From Octopus sinensis (Eukaryota), in the NCBI RefSeq assembly GCF_006345805.1, contig NC_043000.1, positions 34,534,001-34,598,000 on the forward strand: 64,000 nt of DNA, given 5' to 3'. Shown here one piece after another: positions 53,734 to 64,000 of the stretch. The position numbers were made by a program, and so were the translations under genes. The notes under the pieces were generated by a model. That model made no database searches. It saw only the letters and a list, made by a program, of their open reading frames with translations, and was not told the DNA's origin. Positions within the stretch are counted from its first letter, which is position 1. Every line of letters begins with the position of its first letter.

Positions 53734-54693
53734 TGTTGTGACAAGAGTACGACACACTCTGACAAGAATAGTCAGGACCACTACATATAAATAGTAGTGG
53801 TCTGACATAGTCGGCAGTTTGTAGTTTGTTCTTTGAAGTCCAGGTACAGTTTACAATTGGAGTTAATGTGTTGGAAATATTGATTGGATGTTCGTTACAT
53901 GTTTGTTACTGCTGCTGTTTCTGTTTGGTATTGTTATAACACTGTTACAGTGTATTCTGTATCTTTGACAATATCAACTGTACTACGATATTGGAGGCAT
54001 AAGGATATAACATGCACAATACCACATTTCCAGGTGTGACACTGGTGGCAGGTCTTCCAGATCAATCATTGTCTTCCAGGGACGTTCTTCTGCTTTTGAA
54101 GCATCTGTGTCACTCAAAACCTTACGTACAACCCATTGTCTCATCATCCAGCTGTAGAAACACTAGCAGATCAGACTAGAGCCTGGTGCAGCCTACTGGC
54201 TTCCCAGACCCCAGTTGAACCATCCAACCCATGACAGCATGGAAAACTGACATTAAACGATGATGATGATTGTCAGCAATACTCTTTAGTTTGCCTATGT
54301 TTCTTACATGAAACAAAGTTGGATGCTATCCTACCAATTCTGTAAAACTGAGCTGGAATCATATAAAAATTTTAGAATTAATGAATCAGCCTGTAATATT
54401 TCTGAAATGGAAATCAAACCAAACACTGAAGCTGAGTGTTGTTGGAAACTTTGAAAACAGAGTATATAGATATAACAACACATCATGTTTGGTGTTCCTT
54501 TACTTTATATCACTGGTTCATGTAGCACTGAACATGTATCACTGAACAAGTAGCACTTGACATAGATACAGTCACACAAGACAATAATGAAAGTCAAAAT
54601 CTTTGAGTGCTGCCAAAGGACCCAAGAAACTGAAGACGTCCTATCAAACCATAACTTTATGGCATCACATTGACAGGTTACACATAATATTAA

Positions 54694-54922
54694 CCCTTTC
54701 ATTACTGTATTTATTTTGTGACACTCTGTATTTCTTTCAATTATTTTAAGTATGACGAAGAATTTAGTAAAATAACTTAGTTATCATTAAGCTAGTGTTA
54801 GGAACATAAATTGTGACTAAGGTTTGGTGGAAGATTTTAATTTAAAACTTATGAAAACTGAAAACAAGACATTTGTATTACAGAGCCAGAGCCGATTTCG
54901 TCTGGGTTGGTAAATGAAAGGG
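54694..54922. mobile_element. TTAA-flanked MITE, second copy
   Basis: TTAA at 54690-54693 and 54923-54926. TIR CCCTTTCATTAC / CCCTTTCATTTAC. Body aligns with 8218-8433. Confidence 0.85.
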
Positions 54923-55360
54923 TTAAAACACGCAGGGACTGATCTAGCATACATTATATTACTACGTAATTTGGTTCAACTTGAAAACTTAAAGAAAAAA
55001 AACAAAAAAACAAAACAAAACAGGATATCTGTTGTTCAGAGGAGCAGGAATCATAGCAACAATTATCTCATCAAGCAGCTCTGGTGTCATAATGGAAGAG
55101 GCTGAGACCACATAAGGACCAATTTCACAGCCTGATGAGACACTGACTCCAATGTTTGCAGGAGGAGTACAGCAGCACCTCGAGCATCCAGGTGTTTATT
55201 CTAAGATGTTTAAAGAGTAAAACAAATACAGCACCTCTGAGGTATTTCTCATTAAATATGTCAAACATTTATTTACCACATCCAGAGATAATTAACAATA
55301 ACTAATAAAGAAACAACAGTAAACATAGCTGCTGTAAATTTGAAGGTAAACTCCAGGTGA

Positions 55361-55669
55361 TTATTTACATTATTTACATTTGGTGGGTATTTGTTCTCAT
55401 CTTGTTTGTTGTTAACACAATGTTTCAGCTGATATACCCTCCAGCCTTCATCAGGTGTCTTGGGGAAATTTTGAACCTGGGTTCACATTCCTAAGGTATT
55501 TTTCAATGTTATTATTATTATTATTATTATTCAGGTCACTGCCTGGAATCGAACTCAGAATCTTGGGGTTAGTAGACCATGCTCTTAACCACTATGCCAT
55601 ATGCCCGTCAATTGTAAATAATGTAAATAATGTACATAATTCCTCATCTCTTAAATATAGAACTGAAAG
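55361..55669 (-). mobile_element. tRNA-headed SINE-like element with hammerhead motif and inverted 3' tail
   Basis: Head at 55534-55606 with A box TGGCATAGTGG (55589-55599) and B box GAGTTCGATTCC (55545-55556). Then (AAT)n and a hammerhead at 55414-55459. Inverted copy of the tail at 55604-55664. Direct repeat CTCCAGGTGA at 55351-55360 and 55670-55679. Confidence 0.75.
55414..55459 (-). ncRNA. Minimal type I hammerhead ribozyme motif (CpG-decayed)
   Basis: GACAC-CTGATGA-A-GGCTG-GAGGGTATAT-CAGCT-GAAAC-ATT-GTGTT. Confidence 0.7.
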
Positions 55670-56119
55670 CTCCAGGTGAATCGAGAATCTGACTCTGCTT
55701 CCATAAATAGTTGCAACAATGTCCAGGTAAGTGACATTAATTATTTGTCTGAAGAACAAAGGTTGTAGTTTCATCAACTACCTCCCTCCGCCAGCTATCA
55801 AACTCATGAACTCACAATTGTGAGCCCAGATCTGCTAATCCTTAAGCCACACATACACACACACACATTATGCACGTTTCTGTGTGTGTGTGTGTGTGAG
55901 TGAGAGAAAGAGCAAAGGTTTCTTGAGAGAAGTAAAGTAATCTAACTTATGACAAAATAGTATTGCCTTGCAGTGGAATTGAACCCAGAACCATGTGGTT
56001 GTCAGATAAACTTCTTAAAGTCATAGCCATGATACATATGCATTACTTTACTAATGTGTCTGTGTGTGGGGGGAAGGGTAAGAAAGAGGTGGGGGAAAGA
56101 AACGTTCTGTAGATATTTG

Positions 56120-56188
56120 TGGGAGAGAGAGAGAGAGAGAGAGACAAAGAAAGCGAGAGAGAGAGAGAGAGAGCAGAGAGAGAGAGAG

Positions 56189-56248
<60 letters not shown>

Positions 56249-56304
56249 CAGCGAGAGAGAGAGACAAAGAAAGCGCGAGAGAGAGAGAGAGAGACAAAGA
56301 AAGC

Positions 56305-56346
<42 letters not shown>

Positions 56347-56436
56347 CAGCGAGAGAGAGAGACAAAGAAAGCGAGAGAGAGAGAGAGAGAGAGACAAAGA
56401 AAGCGCGAGAGAGAGAGACAAAGAAAGCGAGAGAGA

Positions 56437-56472
<36 letters not shown>

Positions 56473-56475
56473 AGC
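56120..56475. repeat. (GA)n array with repeated gacaaagaaagcga units
   Basis: Read directly. Confidence 0.95.
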
Positions 56476-57885
56476 AAAAACAGACAGACAGTACATGCAA
56501 ATGAAATGAAAGTTTTAGTGAAATTATAAAAGTGTCATTATCGCTGTTATTATTATCATTACTCTCACCATCATCATCATTACTAACATTATCCTAATCA
56601 TCATCATCATCATCATTATGCTAATGTACAATTATGGAAGCAGCGTATATTATTGTCATCTCCCTTGAACCCTTTCCCCCCACCACCATCACCAACAAGG
56701 GCTGCCTGTTTGTTGTGGGAACAAGTACTTTGTTCCGTGGGAAACAATAGAGACAGACCGAGAGAGGTCAGTGAATAGATTCTATGTTTTGACTAACAAT
56801 CTGACACCCAACAAAACTGCTCCCCCCCCCCTCCATTCATAATGCCCTATAACACTGCCCTAACTCTAAACATTTCATTTACATCCTCTTCCACTGATGT
56901 TTCACACAAAATGCCGCTTCTTGCGCTTCTTGCTCTTCTTCTTCTTCTTCCCTTAATTTTTATGGCTTTTTAACTAGTCTTTTTTAATTTTTATTTTTGC
57001 ATTTTGCTTTAGATTTTGAGTAAAGGCACACCTGTGTGTGTGTGCGTGTTTGTGTGCAAGAGAGAAAGAGAGAGAGAGAGAGAGAATGTGTGTGTGTGTG
57101 TGATAAGTTTAAAATACATAATCAATTGGGAAGAGGAGGAGGAGGAGGTAACGGATGAGAAGCAAAATTCAATGATGTTTAAACAGAGAAATTAAATATT
57201 GTATCGACAAATGGTGTTAACAATGATGATATCGATGATGATGATGGTGATGATATTGTTAATGATGATAATGTTGACAATAGTGATGATGATGATGATG
57301 ACAATGTGGAAGATAATGATGACAATGACGATGATGATGATGATGATGCTAGTGATGACAATGCTATGCAATCAGTGAAAATGCTGACAACAATATTGAT
57401 GATGCTAGCTGCTTCCTCGTCCATTTAACCAGCCACTACATCCCTCTTACGAAACCAGACAAGTTGCGTTGCTCAATGTGACAATTTCACATTCAATTTC
57501 TGCAAAGTCTCTCTGATTTAGTTTTACACTCAACAACACTTCAGACATTATGTTGATTCTAATGTAAAAGAATAGTCATGGTTGGAAGGTCTTTGATAAC
57601 AAAGACAGCTCCAACAGGGAAGACAACTTGTGACAAAATAACAACAACAACAACAATCTAAACACACACACACACACGTAACTGTTCATAAATGTTGTTT
57701 GAAAGTCATCAATCTGAGTGTTTTACCTAATTATTATTACTATCCCAATTAGTTAGCCATAATTAAACAGGGGTTACCACAAGGCTCTTGTATTTAATTA
57801 ACCACCATTAGATCGGGTGTCTTGAAAAACATTTCTATGGTTTCACTGTCAAACAGACATTGACACATTATCTTCTCAACTACTG

Positions 57886-57917
<32 letters not shown>

Positions 57918-57960
57918 ATATATATATATACACATTTACAGATATATACCTATATATATA

Positions 57961-58022
<62 letters not shown>

Positions 58023-58117
58023 CATATACCTAATTCCCTGTTTGCTTCTTGCTTGACAAAGGCATTTTTTTCTCACTTTCACACCTTGTGTGTGTGTATG
58101 TATATATATATATATAT

Positions 58118-58615
58118 ATCATCATCATCATCGTTTAACGTCCACTTTCCAACCTGGCATGGGTTGGACAGTTTGACTGAGGACTGGTGAGCCAGAAGGC
58201 TGCACCAGGCTCAATCTGATCTGGCAAAGTTTCTACGGCTAGATGCCCTTCCTAATGCTAATCAGTCCGAAAGTGTGGTGAGTGCATTTATGTGCCACTG
58301 GCACGAGGGCCAGTCAGGCAGTTCTGGCAATGATCATGCTCAAAAGGTGTTTTTTTATTACGTATTACCTGCACAGGAGCCAGTCCGGTGGCACTGGCAA
58401 CGACCACACTCAAATGTTGTTTTTCATGTATCACCAGCACATGTGCTGGTAAGGCGACGCTGGCAACGATCACACTCGAATGGTGCTTTTTACATACCAC
58501 CAGCATAGGAACCAATCCATGGCCCTGGCAACGATCACGCTCGGATGTGCTTTTAATATTCCACTGGCACGAGTGCCAATCAGGCAGTACTGTCATTGGC
58601 CATGTCAGTGAATTT
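58118..58615 (-). mobile_element. RTE-3'-derived element with tandem modules
   Basis: (CAT)n-cgtttaacgtccactttcc head and repeated ggcaacgatcacactcg modules. Confidence 0.8.
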
Positions 58616-58621
58616 GATATA

Positions 58622-58663
<42 letters not shown>

Positions 58664-58899
58664 TGTGTATTATATTTCTCTAGCCAATTGTGGTAGAATG
58701 ACTACTGGAGGTATTATGTAATGTGAATTATATTATTCACGTGACTAAATCATTGTTATTATCTATGTATATAGACATGATGTCTGAATGGTCATCTGCA
58801 TGTTGCTAAAACAACAGTAAACCACGGAATAAATGTAATGCCATATATTCTATTCTTATTCTATTGGGATGCCGTTTCTTCAATTGCATGAACTAAAAG

Positions 58900-59880
58900 T
58901 TAGAGGGGGATGGGATAAACTACCTGCATCAACTTGCTATAAAAGCAGGTAGTAATTTTACCCTTGTCTTTTCGCTTAGTGCAAGTTTTGAAAAGTGCAG
59001 TTCGATTTCAACAGTTATTTTTTCAAAGCTATAATGGAAGTGACAAAGGAGCATATTTGGCATATTTTGCTTTATGAGTTCAATAAAGGCAGCAATGAAA
59101 CGGAAAGTGTGAGGAATATTAATGCAGTATATGGGGATCGGACAATAAGCATAAGCCAGTGTCATCAGTGATTCCGGAAATTCCAAGCCAGAAACTACAG
59201 CCTAGAAGACAAGCCTCATTCTGGAAGATCTGCAGTGCTCGACAAGGATGTCCTGCAAATTCTGGTGGAACAAAATCCCATCGTAACTGTTGAGGAACTA
59301 ACAGAGAAGCTTGCATTTCATCATTCAACCATTCATCATCTACGTGCCATCAGAAAAGCCAGAAAATTGGGTCAATGGGTTCCTCACAAACTTCCTGAGT
59401 TGAATTACATGCTGAGAGTGAATGTGTGCTCTTTTTGCTGCCATGTCTCATGAATGAACCTTTTTTTTTTAACCGAATAGTGACTGGTGGCGTGAAAAGG
59501 GTTCTCTATAAAAATGTCAAGCACTGAAGACAGTGAGTAGGGAGAGGAGAAACACTGGCACCCCAAGCTAAAGAAGATCTTCATCCATGTAAAGTGTTGT
59601 TATCTGTTTGGTGGGTTATGAAAGGTTTAGTCTACTTCCATCTTTTAAACCAAAACCAAATGATAACAAAGGAGATCTACTGTGAGCTGCTTGTGCAGCT
59701 GAAGTCAACGACAGAAGGAAAATGACCATCCCTGGTTTCAAGACAAAAAGTTTTCTTCCATCAGGATAATGCTTAGCCACATACAGTGAGGATGACATTC
59801 CAAAGGGTGGAGCAATTCGAATGGGAAACTATGCCCCACCCACCATATTCGCTGGACATTGTCCCATCCAATTATCATTT
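58900..59880 (+). mobile_element. Decayed mariner transposon (third subfamily)
   Basis: ATG at 59034: MEVTKEHIWHILLYEFNKG...SLEDKPHSGRS...QNPIVTVEELTEKL...GQWVPHKL, IVTG, HQDNA*PH and PYSLDIVPSNYHL. Confidence 0.9.
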
Positions 59881-59885
59881 ATATA

Positions 59886-59923
<38 letters not shown>

Positions 59924-60106
59924 AAGTAAGATAGGGGTTATGGGTGTAACCCAGCCTACAACCCTAGTATGTTGACATCTATAGGCAATGAAAATTAGAT
60001 TCGCTTTTACCATAGGCTGAAACAGCTGTAAGAAGTAATTTCTGGATTTCAATAATTTATAATATGACTTTTAAAATCTGTATTTGTATTATTATCTTAT
60101 CTATTG

Positions 60107-60153
<47 letters not shown>

Positions 60154-60174
60154 CACACACATATATATATATAT

Positions 60175-61680
60175 ACATACACTGGCTTTTGTTGACTTGG
60201 AGAAAGCCTTTGACAGGGTCTCCTGATCCCTTATCTGGTGGGCGATGTGGGAATTGAAGATTGACGAGTGGTTAATAAGAGCTGTACAGGCCCTGTAGAG
60301 GGATGCTGTTAGTAAGGTATGGGTCAGCAATGAGTATAGTGAAGAATTCTGGGTAGAAGTAGGGGTTCAACATGGATCAGCCCTCAGCCCCCTTTCATTC
60401 ATCGTAATCCTCCAGGCAATAACAGAGGAATTCAAGACGGGCTGCCCCTGGGAGCTCCTCTATGCTGAATCACTACCAGAGCTACAGAAGAAATTTCAGG
60501 TGTGGAAGAAAGGTTTAAAACTGAAGGGCAATAGAGTCAATGTTGCAAAAACCAAAGTCCTAGTAAGTAAGAAGGTGAACACATCACAATCCCCTTCAGG
60601 TAGATGGCCTTGCTCAATCCATAGAAAAGGTGTAGAAACTCCATAAGATGTAACCAGTGTAAGCTACGGACACATGGGAGGTGCAGCATCATCAAAGGAA
60701 AGTTAACCAGGAAGATAACTTTTGTGTGCGGCAGATGCACAGGGGCAATAAACACCACAGATGCTCAGTAAACTGATTCCATCACATGGCAGGGGGAGAA
60801 ACTAGTAGTTGATAGCTTCCATTACCTAGGTGACCAAGTTTGTAGTGGTGGCTGATGCTCAGAAAGCATTGCCATTAGAATAAGAATAGCCCAGGCAAAG
60901 CTCAAAAAGCTACTACCTCTACTGGTGATAAAGGGCTTCTCGCTCAGAGTGAAAGGTAGATTGTATGATGCATGTGTGCGAACTGCTATGCTACATGGCA
61001 GTGAAACATGGGCCGTGACTGCTGAAGACCGCTCGAAAGAAATGAAGCTAGTATAATCCACTGGATGTTTAATGTCAGTGTGCACACACGACAGAGTGTA
61101 AGCGCCCTGAGAGAAATGTTAGACATAAGAAGCATCAGATGTGGTGTGCAAGAGAGACAGCATCACTGGTATGGTCATGTGCTGCACATGGATGAGGAGA
61201 CGTGTGTGAAGAAGTGTCATTCCCTAACAGTGGAAGGAACCGGTGGAAGAGGGAGACCCAGGAAGACATGGGATGAAGTATTGAAGCATGACCTTTGAAT
61301 GTTGGGTCTCACAGAGGCAATGATGAAAGACCAAGACCACTGGAGATATGCTGTGATTGAGAAGACCCAGCAAGTAAAGTGAGAGATCACAACTGTAGCC
61401 TACACCAGAGTCGCATAACCAGCCCATTTAAAAAGAGAGGCAACTGCACTGGTATGGTCATGTGATGTGTATGGATGAGGACAGCTACGTAAAGAAGTGT
61501 TGATCTCTAACTGTGGAGGGAACCTGTGGAAGAGGTAGACCCAGGAAGACATAGGACGAGGTGGTGAAGCATGATCTTCGAATGTGGGGTCTCACGGAGG
61601 TGATGACAAGCGATTGTGACCTTTGGTGATTTGCTGTGCTTCAGAAGACTCGTCAAGCCAAGTGAAATCGTAGTTGTGGC
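60175..61680 (+). mobile_element. 5'-truncated RTE LINE with a duplicated 3' segment
   Basis: LAFVDLEKAFDRV...VGVQHGSALSPL...CPWELLYA, PHD-like finger, KGRLYDACVRTAMLHGSETW, GRGRPRKTW. The 3' part is repeated at ~61430-61680. Confidence 0.92.
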
Positions 61681-62019
61681 TGATGCTGGCGACATGTAAA
61701 AGCACCTGATAGGCAGGATGAGGTGATTGTAGCAAATGATGGAGAGCAAAATAGAAGAGGGATAGGGACAGGGGTTGCAGTGGATGTGTGAAGTCATAGA
61801 GGGTGATTACAAGTAAGTGAAGAGTTGATAATGGAGAGCGAAGGGAGAGGACACATAGAAAGGAGGTGATTGGTGGAGACTGTACGTTGAAGAAGGTAAT
61901 TGAGAAAGGCAGTGGGGTATACTGGGTGCTTATTCTACTGTCAGGTGATAGATGGGTGTTAGGGGATGAAAAGTGTGTGTAGGCTGACAGGGAGCATTAC
62001 CAAGGTGGTTTTAAAATAC

Positions 62020-62290
62020 TAATTCTGTTGTGTTGGGCAGGTCTTCTTGTGCACCGCAAGGTGCCATACATTTTGGTCCTTTTTCATCTCCTTTGTAAGG
62101 CTTCCTGTTTCTATTGTACCTGTCTGTATTTCAAAGGGGCCAGCTTTGTCACACTGAATCTCCCCGAGAACTGTGTTAAGGGTACACATGTCTGTGGAGT
62201 ACTCAGCCACTTGTACGTTAATTTCAAGAGCAAGCTGTTCCGTTGATCGGATCAACTGGAATCCTTGTCGTCCTAACCAACAGAGTTCTG
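62020..62290 (+). mobile_element. SINE-like repeat family C
   Basis: Shares tgttaagggta...gtctgtggagtactcagccacttg with 51500-51705. Confidence 0.5.
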
Positions 62291-62559
62291 TGACATATAT
62301 ATATGTGTCTGTATGTGCTTATATGTATGTGTATATGTATGGGTGTATATGCATGCTTATATGTATGAGTGGAAGATACGTTTCATGTGTGTACGTAAGT
62401 ACATTGATTCAACTGTATGCCAGTAAGTTTGTGATATTAACACTCTGGGAAGTTTTTATATAAAATGCTGGGTGGATAAAGAAGTGTATGCACACACACA
62501 CACACATATATTTATATACACATACACCCCATGCATGCATATTTATATATATAAATATA

Positions 62560-62594
<35 letters not shown>

Positions 62595-64000
62595 AGCTAC
62601 ATATAGTTGTGTGTGTGTGTTTGGTAGTGATGCATATACATTGGTGAGTATTTATAGGATGGAGTTTATGTGTGTGTTTGTGTTTTTGTAATGTAAGTGG
62701 ATGAGAGCTGTGTGTGTGTGTACGTTTGTGTATAAATGTGGATTTGTACTCCTACACCCTAAAAAAAAAAGAACTGTTATGTTGACCCTGTGTCAATTTA
62801 TCTCTTAATGACTCATCATAACCAGTGCAACACCCATAACTTGCAGCGTCCTCTGTGGGGACAGCAGGGGGTAGGAGTGGAGTGCAACAGAGAGAGAGGG
62901 GGGGGGGCAGGGGAAGCATTTGGTCTTGCTGAATTCACACTATCTCTCACACACGCATACACACACACACACGTTATACACACATATAAATATAGAATAT
63001 CTAACTATCTCTCTATATACATACAGACATACACACACACACACATATATATATGTAGAACATACATATACACACACACATGTATATACATGCCCACATT
63101 ACCCACCTCCATTCCATCAACAGCCATCCCCCCACAGTTGTTTCCGCAACAGCAGCAGCAACAGCAGCAGCAGGCTCTGCTCTTTGCATTCTTCACTTGT
63201 TTGTTTAGTTAGTTTTGTATTTACCCCACCCTGAATGTAAATAAACACATAAAAAGGTACACAGTAAATGTAGGATGATTTCAGGGGTGGATGGTGGGAA
63301 GGGAGAGAGGGTTAATAATAATGATGCTGATGAGTGACAAGAGAGAGAGAGGGGGAGAGGAAGAGGGAGAGGAAAGAGGGATATACTAATGCTGATAGTA
63401 ATGATGTTAGTAATGATGATGATGATGATGAAAGAAGGCAGATTATTCTGTGATGGTGGTGGTGATCGTTGTGATGGTGATGGTGGTAATAATAGCAAGG
63501 ACGATAATGATGATTAGGTATTGCCAACAATAAAATGGTAGGGTGAGTGAAGTTTCCGGAACTGGTTTATAAAGCAAAAAAGAAAAAAAAAACCCTCAAG
63601 AACATGTGCTGTTGTGATGTTCATTCATTTCCAAAAAGATTTTCATCTGAAGTAAACTGTTAAATCTATTAACCATAGACATCATCTCAAAGACCCAGTA
63701 TTTACTGTGGTAGCCAAATAATTAGCAATAATTATGTTGGTAGATGATGACAATGTCCATGATGGTGATGACAAATGTTTAATTTGTGAGTGGACATCAT
63801 GAAGGAAGCCTTTACTTAAAGATATTTCAGCCATGACCATCCTGTCTTTCATTCAGATATAAGCTATCTCGGTCTACATTATATGATGTATCATTCCTTC
63901 TTACAAGAGGGCAGGATGTGGTTTCATTGAGATTTGGTTGCTATTTCTAGCAGGTGAGGTGACCATACAGATGCTTCTCATGGTCATAGATGGCACTTCT

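Larger units (their letters stand above)
52973..54012 (+). mobile_element. Short non-autonomous LTR retroelement (TRIM-like or internally deleted Gypsy-like)
   Basis: LTRs at 52973-53245 and 53734-54012 (TGTT...AACA), PBS at 53248-53260, PPT at 53723-53733, 5-bp TSD TGCTC/TGCAC. Confidence 0.9.
52475..54140 (-). mobile_element. Decayed mariner transposon interrupted by an LTR element
   Basis: TA + TIR-like tatgagatgatatcaaaaagttccc at 52475. Peptide GIV(H)QEFVLQAQTINHKFYCNVLKHLRE...LHDHKAPCH...HPPYSPDLAP. Confidence 0.9.

Noticed and set aside
55130-55160. CTGATGAGAC... motif upstream of the hammerhead SINE
   Set aside because: No GAAA after a 2-bp stem.
55534-55606. Possible true tRNA gene
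   Set aside because: The acceptor and anticodon stems do not pair properly, there is no oligo-T terminator, and it is fused to a repeat body; treated as a SINE head.
56002-56529. RE/LS-repeat ORFs
   Set aside because: They are translations of a (GA)n array.

Overview
AT-rich, repeat-dominated eukaryotic DNA. The repeat families (RTE LINEs with (GAT)n tails, tRNA-derived SINEs, long (TA)n/(GATA)n arrays) point to a coleoid cephalopod, probably Octopus; this is an inference. The only host gene I recognise is SAMTOR/BMT2 (C7orf60, the SAM sensor upstream of mTORC1) on the minus strand. It has two in-phase coding exons, 7353-7467 and 1013-1591. I could not locate its N-terminal exons. The rest of the window is mobile DNA and microsatellite: several decayed RTE LINEs (with a PHD-like finger inside the RT ORF), three mariner remnants, a Penelope GIY-YIG 3' end, a Tx1/L1-like fragment, two TTAA MITEs, DINE-1/HINE-like elements, a ~1 kb LTR element nested in a mariner, and many SINEs. 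The most notable signal is a set of minimal hammerhead-ribozyme motifs in several unrelated repeat families. One lies in a tRNA-headed SINE-like element with an inverted 3' tail and a 10-bp flanking direct repeat (55361-55669), which suggests a Penelope-mobilised, ribozyme-carrying SINE. Most ORFs in the supplied track are microsatellite artefacts. Boundaries of decayed repeats are approximate.
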